In this document: in pieces, positions 27,534 to 38,096 of the stretch
How positions within the stretch are numbered: the first letter of the stretch is position 1
Layout: each line of letters begins with the position of its first letter
Assembly (NCBI GenBank): GCA_963771075.1
Contig: CAVYSE010000020.1
Span: 79,651-143,650, forward strand
DNA length: 64,000 bases
Direction: 5' to 3'
From: a candidate division FCPU426 bacterium
Lineage (GTDB): Bacteria > Oederibacteriota > Muellerivitia > Muellerivitales > Muellerivitaceae
Position numbers and translations under genes: made by a program
The notes under the pieces: model-generated
Told to the model about the DNA's origin: nothing
The model's database searches: none
The model's input: the letters and a program-made list of their open reading frames with translations, nothing else

Positions 27534-28742
27534 ATGAATGAAAACCTTGCTTTATTGACCGAAATTAACGGTCTCGCCAATTCCCCCAATCCCACCCCGG
27601 CCCACCTGGCTTATGCCTGCCTGAAATGGCGTGAAAAATACCAGTTCGATACGGTCTTTTTGGCTGTTTCCGGCGCCCCCGACGAACCCATCACCGCCCT
27701 GGCTTTTGATGGAAAAGAAGAATTGGTCGATTCTGGACTTTACCGACTAGGAGTGGAGGAGCGAATCAGCCTTTCCAAGGCGTCCTATAAGACCTTTTCC
27801 GACGTAACAGGGAAACCTGTTTTCAACAAATACGGCTCCTTACGCATGCAAAAACCTAATGGGGGGATGTTTCTTAACGATTTCAAGCCGCATGAACGCT
27901 ACATCCTTTTTGGGCTGATGCATGAGGAACCCAAGTCCTATCCGGAGGCGTTGCTCAAGGAAATCCTCGGGGTTTGGAAAGACTGGCTGGGGGCACTCAA
28001 CCTGGGGTTGGATAAGGCCTTGTCGACGGGGTATCCTTCCGCACCAGTGAAAGCTTATCCAGTGGCCCCGTCCAACGAACCGCCGCTTACTCCTTCGGCG
28101 ACGAAGGCGGAACCATCCGTCGCCCTCAAAGTTCCACCCTCGGAAGAAAGTCCATCAGCATCGGCTTCCGGCTCGGGACAAAAGAGGTCGCCCGGCGAAA
28201 TACCACCTCCTCCGCATCTTTCCGTGAATGAGCCCTTCGCTCATGATGAAATAGGAGGGAAAAGGCGCCGACCTGTTTTGCTTGTGGATGAGGTGACGAG
28301 ACTTTTTAATAAAGCCTATTTTGAGGAAAGCCTGGCTATCGAGGTTGAAAGGGCCAAAAGATATCAGCGTAATGTCAGCCTGCTTTTCCTCGAGGTAACC
28401 CCCCTCGCCCCCCTCGGCGACCAGGAGAACAAGGTCGCGACCCAAGTGGCGGAAATATTATCTAACAGCCTTCGGCGGGTGGACGTCATCTGCCGGCTGG
28501 ATAAAAACCGTTACGCCATCGTACTTCCTGATACCGCCTTTAACACTTACGGGATCATCGCGAAGCGCATTTTTAAATATTTCAAGCAAATCATGGGGGA
28601 CCATCCGTTGGTTTACATAAACCTGAGTGCCTCTACCTATCCCCAGCATGTAGAAAACCACATCGCTTTATATGAACACACGGAAAAACTGCTTTCCCAG
28701 GCCAAGGAAGCCGGCCCCAATAAGGCCGTTTTGCCCGATTAA
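27534..28742 (+). CDS. Degenerate GGDEF-domain protein
   Basis: DEVTRLFN, EVERAKRY, LRRVDVICRLDKNRYAIVLP, AKEAGPNK; Pro/Ser-rich linker. Confidence 0.85.
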   Translation: MNENLALLTEINGLANSPNPTPAHLAYACLKWREKYQFDTVFLAVSGAPDEPITALAFDGKEELVDSGLYRLGVEERISLSKASYKTFSDVTGKPVFNKYGSLRMQKPNGGMFLNDFKPHERYILFGLMHEEPKSYPEALLKEILGVWKDWLGALNLGLDKALSTGYPSAPVKAYPVAPSNEPPLTPSATKAEPSVALKVPPSEESPSASASGSGQKRSPGEIPPPPHLSVNEPFAHDEIGGKRRRPVLLVDEVTRLFNKAYFEESLAIEVERAKRYQRNVSLLFLEVTPLAPLGDQENKVATQVAEILSNSLRRVDVICRLDKNRYAIVLPDTAFNTYGIIAKRIFKYFKQIMGDHPLVYINLSASTYPQHVENHIALYEHTEKLLSQAKEAGPNKAVLPD

Positions 28743-28745
28743 CCC

Positions 28746-29858
28746 ATGGATACCCGTCTCGCCCGCCTTGCACTTCACCTGACCGGGGTGATCGGACCCC
28801 GCCGTCTTAAAGCCGCGAAGGATGCCTTTTCGAACCTGGAAGATGTTTTTGGCTCACCGGAGGAAAAGCTCCAGGAACTCCCCGATTGGACCCCCTCTTG
28901 CGCGAAAAAAGTTTTGGCCTTGCGAAATCCAGCTGAAAGGGCGAAAGCCGAACTGGAGGAGGCTGCCCACCGGGGCATTCATTTATACGTTGAGGGAGAC
29001 GATGGGTTCCCGGCCGTGTTTCAAAATCTTTACGATCCCCCATTCGTTTTATGGGTTCGGGGCCAATTATTGAAGGAAGACGAAAATGCCATCGCGGTCA
29101 TCGGGTGTCGCAGGCCTAGCCCCTACGGTAAGCACGCGGCCCTTCATCTTTCGGAGGGCATCGCGGGCGCTGGATACACAGTGGTTTCGGGCTTGGCGCG
29201 GGGCATCGACTCCTTGGCCCACCGGGGAGCTCTCAAGCACCCGCAGGGGAGAACCCTCGCTTTTTTGGGAAGTGGACTTCTGAACCTTTATCCGCCCGAA
29301 AACGGGGATCTGGCGGAAGAAATCACCCAGCGGGGTGCGGTTTTAAGTGAATACCCTCTCCGCGCAAAACCACTGGCGCTTCATTTCCCCCAGCGAAACC
29401 GATTGATCAGCGGATGGTCCCGCGGGGTTTTGGTGGTTGAAGCCGCGAAAGATAGTGGTTCATTTATTACGGTGGACCATGCCCTGGAACAGGGAAGGCC
29501 CGTTTTCGCCGTGCCTGGTCCCATCGATCATCCCCAATCGGAGGGCACCCATGCGCTGATCCAACAAGGGGCCCGGCTTGTGACGGGCGTGGAGGATATT
29601 TTCCATGAATTAGGCGACTTGCGGGCGGAAATCCTCTTCAAAGCGCAGGATGGTTCAGGAAAAGTCCCGGGGAATCGGGAACTGTTGACCGAAGAGGAAA
29701 AGTACCTGCTGGAGAAATTGTCCCATGAGCCAAGACATGTGGACCAACTGATGCACGAAGCCCGCATGGACCTTCGAAAACTGAACGAGCTTTTGCTTTT
29801 CCTGGAAATGAAGGGGTTCGTTCAGCAAACCCCGGGACATTGTTATTTCAAACTTTGA
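28746..29858 (+). CDS. dprA: DNA-processing protein DprA
   Basis: DPPFVL, VVSGLARGID, FPQRNRLISG, VVEAA, FAVPG, LIQQGA, winged-helix tail. Confidence 0.96.
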   Translation: MDTRLARLALHLTGVIGPRRLKAAKDAFSNLEDVFGSPEEKLQELPDWTPSCAKKVLALRNPAERAKAELEEAAHRGIHLYVEGDDGFPAVFQNLYDPPFVLWVRGQLLKEDENAIAVIGCRRPSPYGKHAALHLSEGIAGAGYTVVSGLARGIDSLAHRGALKHPQGRTLAFLGSGLLNLYPPENGDLAEEITQRGAVLSEYPLRAKPLALHFPQRNRLISGWSRGVLVVEAAKDSGSFITVDHALEQGRPVFAVPGPIDHPQSEGTHALIQQGARLVTGVEDIFHELGDLRAEILFKAQDGSGKVPGNRELLTEEEKYLLEKLSHEPRHVDQLMHEARMDLRKLNELLLFLEMKGFVQQTPGHCYFKL

Positions 29859-29963
29859 CACTGGATTTTGCTTCTTGGTGAAAATTCAGCGGAAGGAAGT
29901 TGTGCTTGGTTAGGATCGGTGGACATTTACTGGAAGAAGGTTGTTGTGCCCTGGAAAAATAAT

Positions 29964-30746
29964 ATGGAAAAAAGCCGAATATTATTGGCGCTTTTTGCCT
30001 TGGCGCCCCCCTTGTGGGCGGGAACTGAGATAAAGGCCCTGGTGGAAGGCAGTGCCTACAAGGAGGCTTGGATCGACCTTGGGACCGTCGTAAGCGACGG
30101 ACATTTAAAGGTGCATTTCAAAGGTCCCTGGTGCCTGGGTTCCCTGATTTACGACCGGGAAACCTCCCAGCTGACCATCGTGGATGAACAGCGTAAGACC
30201 GTTATTGTCCTCACACAAGAAAACCAGGCCGCCTTGAAGGTCATCGGAGCCCTTTCCTCGGCGAAGCTCATGGGCCAAATCACGGGCTCGACCCCCAGTG
30301 CCAAGAAAACCTTCGCAATGGTCAAGGAGAATGCCCAGGCCTTCTTTAACGGGACGCCCTTTTTGAAAGAAAGCGGCCAGCCCAAGGCCGGCTTAACCTG
30401 CGATCATTACGAAACCGACTGGAACGGCCAAAAGACGCGGGAAGTTTGGACCACCGAACCGGCTGCCGCGGGAGTGGATGGGGAAGACTTCAATACCATC
30501 CGGGGCTTGGCCCATCTTTTATTGGACCTGTGCGGGAGTGAATTGGCCCAGTTGGGAGCGGACACGACGTTTTTTCAACAGAACCTACCAGAGGCTCCGC
30601 TTCCTGTTTTTGCCGATCTTTATACGAACGGCAAACATACTGGAAGATTCCAAATCCTCTCGGTCCGTTCGCGGGATATCGCCCCGGGCTCTTTCGCGCC
30701 ACCCTCAAGTTACAAGGTTTTAGGATTGCTGGATTTGTTGAAATAA
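29964..30746 (+). CDS. Exported DUF4412-like protein
   Basis: Signal peptide; AGLTCDHY, EVW, FAPPSSY patterns. Confidence 0.55.
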   Translation: MEKSRILLALFALAPPLWAGTEIKALVEGSAYKEAWIDLGTVVSDGHLKVHFKGPWCLGSLIYDRETSQLTIVDEQRKTVIVLTQENQAALKVIGALSSAKLMGQITGSTPSAKKTFAMVKENAQAFFNGTPFLKESGQPKAGLTCDHYETDWNGQKTREVWTTEPAAAGVDGEDFNTIRGLAHLLLDLCGSELAQLGADTTFFQQNLPEAPLPVFADLYTNGKHTGRFQILSVRSRDIAPGSFAPPSSYKVLGLLDLLK

Positions 30747-31140
30747 TGAAAAAACTTTTGAACAAGGCACCAAAACCCCAAGTAAAGCCCAACTATTAAG
30801 AAACTAATAACAAATCCCGAAGCCATGGAATTTGAACCGCCAAGACACATGCCGACTCTCTTTAAATATATTAAGGAGCCAGTAGGGCCCCGATAAGGGG
30901 CCAAAGGGTGCGAATTATGGCATGGGAAAAGCGATCATAATTAAATGAAGGGCCATATGGTTTTGCTTGTGTAACTTTGTCTTCGTCGTGGTGAAAGGTG
31001 TTTTGCTGGAAGGTTTGGTTCACGTTAAATCCACCCTGTTCGCGAAGAGTTTAATCAGAACATCTTTTCATAACGGTGACTATAATAAAGGCATATTCGA
31101 CCCATTTAGTTTCCCTGGGCCAAAGATCAAGGAGGCGTTT

Positions 31141-31767
31141 ATGAAGCTCTGGAGCGATACCTTCGGCGAGGGTTCGAAATTAAGGGATGATTATGTTTTC
31201 ATGAAACCCCATCCGACTCAGCACGCGATCCTGTCCCAAAACAAGAACCCCCATTTGGCTTGGGGCGAGATTCCTAGGGACGCGAAATCCCTCGTATTAA
31301 TTATGCATGATAGCGATGCTCCCCAGAGCCGGGACTTCGTAAACAAAACGGATAAAACCCTGCCCTTTGACGCCCCCCGGAGCGAATTTTTCCATTGGGT
31401 ATTGGTAGATATACCCACCAGCGGTTCCCCCATCCTGGCGGGCGAATTCAGCAAGCTGGTGACCGTCAAGGGGAAGCCGGGCCCTGCCGCGCCCCGCGGC
31501 ATGAGGCAGGGATTGAACGACTACACCACCTGGTTTAAGGGCAACCTGGCTATGGAAGGGAATTATTTCGGCTACGACGGGGCTGGCCCACCGTGGAATG
31601 ACGAGAAAATCCACCATTACCATTTCACACTCTTTGCCATCAAGGAAAAGAAATTCCCCATTGAGGGCAATTTCACGGGTAAGGACGTGCTCAACGCGCT
31701 GGTGGGAAAGGTGATCGAGAAGACGAGGCTGTCCTGTCTTTACTCGATCTACCCCAAGGCCCGGTAA
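31141..31767 (+). CDS. YbhB/YbcL (PEBP) family protein
   Basis: AAGGAGG RBS; NPHLAW, HDSDAP, FFHWV, NDY, YDGAGPPWND, HHYHFTL. Confidence 0.9.
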   Translation: MKLWSDTFGEGSKLRDDYVFMKPHPTQHAILSQNKNPHLAWGEIPRDAKSLVLIMHDSDAPQSRDFVNKTDKTLPFDAPRSEFFHWVLVDIPTSGSPILAGEFSKLVTVKGKPGPAAPRGMRQGLNDYTTWFKGNLAMEGNYFGYDGAGPPWNDEKIHHYHFTLFAIKEKKFPIEGNFTGKDVLNALVGKVIEKTRLSCLYSIYPKAR

Positions 31768-31936
31768 TTCAACCCGGTAAACGGCATCGTTGCCTTTGCG
31801 CCCATGGATGAAGGGCCCCTTTTGCCTCCGAAAAGGTTCACCTTCTCCCGGGTCTTGAAACAGCTGACCTGGTGCCGCATATTGCATCATTCTAAAACGA
31901 AGCCGATCACCCCGGTCGGCCACACGAGGGTCAACG

Positions 31937-32293
31937 ATGTCGGAATCCAAATCGTTTCTTGAGAGAAGATTGCAATCCCGGGTCCGGGTTAAGATCCCCG
32001 TGCATTACACCTTAGTGGAGAACAAAAAAGTGCTGGCGAAGGTTCGGGGCCTCCACGCCTTGGCAAAGGATTTGAGCTTGAGCGGCATGTTCGTCAAGAC
32101 CGACAAACCCGTGGCGGTTGGCGACGTTTTAAGGTTGGATATTTCCATACCGGGGAAAAAAATAAAACACTATTTCGCATTCGCTGAGGTGGTTCGAGCC
32201 TCGAAAAGCGGGGCGGGCATCAAACTTTTGCTAATGCCGGAAGAGGATAAATCGGGATTGCGGGAATACCTCGCCACCGAGGGCATCCAATAA
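31937..32293 (+). CDS. PilZ-domain protein
   Basis: RxxxR (RLQSR), DLSLSG, AEVVR. Confidence 0.88.
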   Translation: MSESKSFLERRLQSRVRVKIPVHYTLVENKKVLAKVRGLHALAKDLSLSGMFVKTDKPVAVGDVLRLDISIPGKKIKHYFAFAEVVRASKSGAGIKLLLMPEEDKSGLREYLATEGIQ

Positions 32294-32418
32294 TAACCGG
32301 GTTTTGTCCCCAGGCAGTGATCCAACCGATCCCGAGCCTTGAATTTAATTTTTTTGGGAATCCGTCGAATAATCCATCTTCTTTCCATCCCATCCCGTGG
32401 TGGTCGGCCCTCCGAAAC

Positions 32419-32447
32419 TTGACAAAGGATAGCGGCCTGCCTATTCT
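32419..32447 (+). promoter_or_regulatory. Putative sigma70 promoter of topA
   Basis: TTGACA-N17-TATTCT. Confidence 0.6.
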
Positions 32448-32523
32448 TGCCCCCACGCGCAAAAAGAAAATCACTCTCATATAAATAAACGGCGCGCAAC
32501 TAAGAGCGCATGGAGACCCTTTC

Positions 32524-35036
32524 GTGGCAAAAGTAAATAATTCAAATGCTTCCGAGGTAACGGTGGATCAAGAGGCCATGGCGGTCCATGACACCCCGTC
32601 CAATCCGGGGGTATCTGCGAATTCCGGTATCCCTGCCGGTGCAAAGGCGCCCAAGAAGAAGAAAGAAAAGAAAACGAAGAAGGAAGAGCTCAAAAAACTG
32701 GTGATCGTCGAGTCGCCCTCCAAGGCGAAAACCATCAACAAGTATTTGGGTTCGGATTTCGTGGTTTTGGCTTCCAAGGGGCACTTGATCGACCTGCCCA
32801 AGAGCAAGTTGGGAGTTGATTTGGAGAACAACTTTGAGCCCCAGTACATTAATATCCGGGGCAAGGCCTCCATTATTAAAGACCTCAAAAAAGCGTCCCA
32901 AAAGGCCCAGATCGTATTCCTTGCTACGGATCCGGACCGGGAAGGGGAGGCCATCGGGTGGCACATCAAGAATTTCCTGACGGGATTGCCGAAGCAGCCT
33001 CCCATGTACCGCTTGCGACTCAATGAAATCACCAAACACGCCATTGAAGAAGCCATGCAGTCCCCGCAGGAAGTGGACCTGAACATGGTGAACGCCCAGC
33101 AAGCCCGCCGGGTGTTGGATAGGCTCGTCGGGTACGGAATTTCCCCCATCCTTTGGAAGAATATCCGCCGCGGTTTGTCCGCTGGACGTGTTCAATCGGT
33201 GGCTTTGAGGCTAATTTACGAGCGGGAAAAGGAAATCGAGGGGTTTAAACCCGTCGAGTATTGGACCTTGGAAGCCGAGTTTTTAACCGAAGGGGGCAAG
33301 ACAATCCAAGCCCGGTTGTTCAGGGTCAAGGGGCAAAAGCCTGACCTGAAGACCCAGGAGGAGACCCAGGCGTTGGTCGACCAACTGGCCAAGGCCCTTT
33401 TCAAGGTTTCGGCGGTATTGCACCGGGAAAAAAGCAAAAAACCCCCCATGCCATTTACCACCTCCAAACTCCAGCAGGAAGCCTACAAACAACTCCGTTT
33501 TGGGGCCAGGAAAACCATGTCCATCGCCCAGGGCCTTTATGAGGGTATCGAGATTGGCGAATCGGGCCCGGTGGGATTAATCACTTATATGCGCACCGAT
33601 TCCAAGCGCATCTCCCCCGAGGCCAAGGCGGAAGCCGTCCAATTTATCCAAAAAACCTATGGGGAAAAATACAAGGGCCCGGCGGACCGGGATACCTCCA
33701 GCAAGGGCAGCATCCAGGATGCCCATGAGGCCATCCGCCCTACCTCAGTGTTCCGAACGCCCGAGAAGGTGAAGGCGTTTCTTAACACCCGAACAATTCA
33801 AGCTCTATAAACTCGTCTGGGAAGATTTCTTGGCCAGCCAGATGGCCAACGCCCTTTACCGAGAAACCTCAGTGGAAATTTCCGGCGACATCGCCGTTTT
33901 TCGGGCGACCGGCACAGAGACCCTCTTCGACGGATACACCAAGGTTTATGAGGAAGCCGCCGACGAGGACAAAAAAGAGGGGGATAATGGCCCGGAAGAC
34001 AACGGCGATTCGACCTCCGTCGTTAACGCCAATAAATTGTCCGGGATCGAGGAAGGCCAGGGGATGAAGTGGAAGAGCCCATTTCCGAACAGCATTTTAC
34101 CCAACCTCCCCCGCGCTTCACGGACGCCTCCATGATTAAAACCCTGGAAGAGATGGGTATCGGGCGCCCATCCACTTACGCGCCGACCCTAGAGACCATC
34201 CAGGCAAGGCGGTATGTGAAAAAAGAAGGCGGACGTTTCTTCCTGGCGGAATTGGGAAACTTGGTGCTGGGCATCCTGATGAAAAGTTTCCCGAAAATTC
34301 TCGATTACGAGTTCACCGCCAAGATGGAAGTTGGAGTTGGACCAGGTGGAAGCGGGTGAGTATGAATGGCGGAAGGTGATTGGGGAGTTTTACGCGCCAT
34401 TCAAGGATACTCTGGCCGAGGCGGAAAAGCTGATCGGGCGAGGAAAGGTCGAAGTTCGAGCAAGTGACCAATATCCCCTGTGAAAAATGCGGGCTGATGA
34501 TGATCGTCCGATGGGGGCGGTTTGGGAAGTTCTTGGCCTGCTCCAAGTATCCCGAGTGCAAGAACGCCAAGGGATTGAAGGAAACCACGGACGGATCAAT
34601 CCAAATTGACGACACGACGACCGATGAAAAGTGCCCCAAATGCCAGAGTCCCATGGTGGTGAAGACGGGCCGCTTTGGCAAATTCCTGGCCTGCTCCAAG
34701 TATCCGGAATGTAAAAGCACTCAGGGAATATCTCTAAAGATCCCCTGCCCGTTGGGCTGTGGTGGGGAAGTGGTTTCACGCGGGTCTCCCCGTGGGACTT
34801 TTTATGGTTGTAATAAGTATCCCGATTGCAAATTCGTTTCCTGGAACAAGCCGGTGAACCGTGCTTGTCCCCAATGCGCCAACGTTTATCTGACCGAAAA
34901 ATACACTAAAACCTTAGGGCCCCACATCTCTTGCCCGAACAAGGAATGCGATTACAAGGAACTTCCGAATAAGGAGGACTCCGCGGCGATGCCCCCTCCC
35001 CTCGTGCCGCCGCCCAGCATGGGAGGATTTGATTGA
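32524..35036 (+). CDS. topA: DNA topoisomerase I, split by four apparent frameshifts
   Basis: [52 protein letters not shown] and C4 zinc ribbons lie in successive frames. Confidence 0.95.
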
Positions 35037-35914
35037 AGGCTTCCATCCAAAAGGCCCAAATTTTAATCGAGGCTTTCCCCTTTATCCGCCAATGGTACGG
35101 CGCGACCGTGGTGGTGAAATACGGCGGCAGCACCCGGTCGACTGGAAGCGCCCGGCCGGGTGATAGCGATCTTGAAAACACCCTTCAAGATATTGTCTTG
35201 ATGAAATTCGTGGGGATGCGACCCGTGGTCGTGCATGGGGGCGGAAAAGACATCACGCGCCTTACGGAAAAATTGGGAATTCACTCCCAATTCGTGGACG
35301 GTTTGAGGGTGACGGACCTGCCGACCATGGAAGTGGTCGAAATGGTCCTGGGCGGGAAGATCAACAAGGAACTGGTGAGTACAATTCAAGGGCTAGGCGG
35401 GCAGGCCGTGGGCCTTTCGGGCAAAGACGGAGGATTGCTGGAAGCGACCCGGGTTACCTCCAAAACTGGCAAGGACATCGGTTTCGTGGGGAAAGTTTCC
35501 AAGGTTAATACCGCCCTTTTGGACATTTTGGATAAGGAACAATTCATTCCGGTGATTGCCCCGCTTGGGCTTGGGAAAGACGGCAAAACCTATAACGTAA
35601 ACGCGGATGAGGCGGCCGGGGCCATCGCAGGGGCACTCAAAGCGGAGAAACTTGTTTTTTTAACGGATGTACCGGGTATATGTAAAAAGAAAGACGACCC
35701 GAAGACCCTTTTTTCGACTATTAAAACAACCGAGGTGAACAAACTCGTGAAGAAAGGGGTCATTTCGGGGGGCATGATCCCCAAGGTGGAAGCCTGTCTC
35801 CACGCGTTAAAAGCGGGGGTGCGCAAGACTCATATTATTGATGGCACCCTACCCCACGCGCTTTTGCTTGAGATCTTTACACCTGAAGGCATAGGGACCG
35901 AGCTCATTCCCTGA
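35033..35914 (+). CDS. argB: Acetylglutamate kinase
   Basis: VVKYGG, VHGGG, GLRVT, NVNAD, LTDVPG, GGMIPK, IIDG. Confidence 0.96.
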   Translation: MKASIQKAQILIEAFPFIRQWYGATVVVKYGGSTRSTGSARPGDSDLENTLQDIVLMKFVGMRPVVVHGGGKDITRLTEKLGIHSQFVDGLRVTDLPTMEVVEMVLGGKINKELVSTIQGLGGQAVGLSGKDGGLLEATRVTSKTGKDIGFVGKVSKVNTALLDILDKEQFIPVIAPLGLGKDGKTYNVNADEAAGAIAGALKAEKLVFLTDVPGICKKKDDPKTLFSTIKTTEVNKLVKKGVISGGMIPKVEACLHALKAGVRKTHIIDGTLPHALLLEIFTPEGIGTELIP

Positions 35915-35955
35915 AGTTTTGCCTTGTCTCCATTTCTCCCCGTCCCCCCCGTATA

Positions 35956-35964
35956 TGGTATAAT
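35956..35964 (+). promoter_or_regulatory. Extended -10 promoter element upstream of nrdR
   Basis: TGGTATAAT, about 37 nt before ATG 36002. Confidence 0.55.
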
Positions 35965-36001
35965 CCCGCCCGTTGTATTTAATTGTTCAAGGAGCCTCAG
36001 G

Positions 36002-36460
36002 ATGAAGTGTCCTTTTTGCGGCCACCAGGAAGACAAGGTCATGGATTCACGGCCTTCCAAGGGCGGGTCTGCGATCCGCCGGCGTCGGGAATGTTTGAAG
36101 TGCGAGAAACGGTTCACGACCTACGAACAGATCGAGGAAATTTTGCCTATGGTGGTGAAACGGGACGGGCGCCGGGAGCCCTTCGACCGGTTGAAGATCG
36201 TTGCGGGTATCCGCAAGGCGGTGGAGAAAAGGCCGGTGTCGTCCGAGAAAATCGAGGCCGCAGTGGATGACATTGAAAATGTCTTGATGGAAAGGGCGGC
36301 CAAGGAAATTAATTCCACCGAAATTGGGGAAATGGTCATAGGAAGGTTAAAAGACATGGATGATGTGGCCTATGTCCGTTTCGCTAGCGTCTACCGCCAA
36401 TTCAAGGATATTGGCGCCTTCATGGATGAAGTCAAAAAATTGATGGCGAAAAAAAGTTAA
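36002..36460 (+). CDS. nrdR: Transcriptional repressor NrdR
   Basis: [29 protein letters not shown]. Confidence 0.98.
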   Translation: MKCPFCGHQEDKVMDSRPSKGGSAIRRRRECLKCEKRFTTYEQIEEILPMVVKRDGRREPFDRLKIVAGIRKAVEKRPVSSEKIEAAVDDIENVLMERAAKEINSTEIGEMVIGRLKDMDDVAYVRFASVYRQFKDIGAFMDEVKKLMAKKS

Positions 36461-36678
36461 TAAAAAAATAATCCGCCACAAAGCTAACAAAGTTAGCGAA
36501 GAAAAATGAAGGGTTGTTTTAAAAATTCCCGGTTAAAACCTCAAATTTCCTCAACAAGGGACACGCAGAAGCCCTGGTAAAGTCGGATAAAACCCAAGCA
36601 TATAATTTTGTAATTCTTGCACGGTTGAGGATGGAAATTTTGATTCAATCAAATCTTAACCGACAGGAAAGGTGAAGC

Positions 36679-37989
36679 ATGGCAAAGATTCGGCCGTTTA
36701 GAGGGGTTCGCTACCATTTGTCATCCTCCAGGGAACTCAAACGAGTGGTGGCCCCGCCTTATGACGTGATTTCTCCCGCCCAGAAAAAGGAACTTTTGGC
36801 GGCGGACCCCAAAAACGTGATCCGGTTGATCCTCGGCAACCCCAGCCACGAAACCCACCGTGCCGCGGATTATGAGGACGCGAAAAAAACATTTTTGGCC
36901 TGGCAAAGATCCGGTGTCTTAAAAAGGGAAGGGACGCCCGCTGTTTATGTTTACCGGCAAAGTTTTAAGGTGAATGGAAAAACCTACCACCGCGCGGGTT
37001 TCATCGCCCTTTCCCAGTTGACACCTTTCGGCAATAAGAAGGGGGGCATCCTGGCCCACGAGCACACGCTATCGGGGCCGAAAGCCGACCGGCTGAAATT
37101 GACCCAGGCCACGAAGGCGAATTTCAGCTGTATTTTCTCCCTCTACCCCGATAAGGCCGGAGTGGGAGCTTGGTTGAGGAAAGCGACTTCCCGCAAGCCG
37201 GATCTATCGGTTGAATACCCCAAAGAAATCCAAAACCAAGTTTGGGTTGTGATTGATCCAACTTGGGTGAAGGTTTTGCAAGGAAAAATGAAGTATGCGA
37301 CTCTTTTTATCGCCGATGGCCATCACCGATATGAAACGGCCTTGAACTATCAGAAAATTCAAACGGGCCGGATGAAGGGCGTTGTGGGAACCCGACCCTT
37401 TGATTTCGTGCAAATGATGTTTGTGGCCATGGAAGATCCGGGATTGGTGATCTTGCCGACCCACCGAATGTTACCTAAGCGAATTGTCCCATCCCCGGCG
37501 ATGCTGTTGAGCCGTCTTTCTTCCCTCGGAGAAATACACACCTACCCCAAGCCGATTTCCGGATTGGCTCCCTGGAAGTGGCTGGAAAAGCTGGGGAAAA
37601 CTCATCCCGCATTGGGACTTTCCTTTGACGGCAATAAACTTTATGCTCTTCAGTTTTCCAAGTCAGTGGCTCATAGCGGCCTCTTGAGCGATGTATCCCC
37701 GGCGCAAAAGAAACTGGACGTCACCCTTTTGCACCGCCTGATCCTGGAACCTTTTTTTGGGATCACCAAGGAAAAGGTGGAGCATGAGATCTCGTTCACC
37801 AGCCGGGCAGAGGAGGCGGTCGCAGGCTTGCGAAAAAAAGAGTTCGCGGCGGTATTCTTCCTGAACCCGACTAGGATTGACCAGCTTCGGGAGATCGCCC
37901 TCAACCAGGAGCGAATGCCCCAGAAGTCCACTTATTTTTACCCCAAACTCGTGACGGGTCTTGTCTTCAACCGGCTTGATTCGTTTTAG
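36679..37989 (+). CDS. DUF1015-family protein
   Basis: PFRG, APPYDVIS, HEHT, IADGHHRYETA, PTHR, MPQKSTYFYPK. Confidence 0.9.
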   Translation: MAKIRPFRGVRYHLSSSRELKRVVAPPYDVISPAQKKELLAADPKNVIRLILGNPSHETHRAADYEDAKKTFLAWQRSGVLKREGTPAVYVYRQSFKVNGKTYHRAGFIALSQLTPFGNKKGGILAHEHTLSGPKADRLKLTQATKANFSCIFSLYPDKAGVGAWLRKATSRKPDLSVEYPKEIQNQVWVVIDPTWVKVLQGKMKYATLFIADGHHRYETALNYQKIQTGRMKGVVGTRPFDFVQMMFVAMEDPGLVILPTHRMLPKRIVPSPAMLLSRLSSLGEIHTYPKPISGLAPWKWLEKLGKTHPALGLSFDGNKLYALQFSKSVAHSGLLSDVSPAQKKLDVTLLHRLILEPFFGITKEKVEHEISFTSRAEEAVAGLRKKEFAAVFFLNPTRIDQLREIALNQERMPQKSTYFYPKLVTGLVFNRLDSF

Positions 37990-38096
37990 GAACCATCAAC
38001 GAACTACCTTGTTAAAGAAAAGAAAGTCCTGGCTGGGTGAAGCGGGCGAAGGATTATGGACCCTTCGGCTTGTAATTGAATGAAGTTTTAGGGTAC

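Noticed and set aside
30710..31023. Small minus-strand ORFs (about 50 and 64 aa), possibly one frameshifted membrane protein
   Set aside because: No recognisable homology and weak start signals; cannot be supported.
31870..31886. Sigma54-like TGGTGC...TTGCA before the PilZ gene
   Set aside because: GG-to-GC spacing is 11 nt rather than the required 10.
32524..35036. Programmed frameshifting or true pseudogenisation of topA
   Set aside because: Four shifts of mixed sign with intact motifs fit assembly errors better.
35033..35914. ArgB as the target of the PII protein
   Set aside because: It is 14 kb away, and the PII T-loop is unlike those known to bind NAGK; there is no sequence support.
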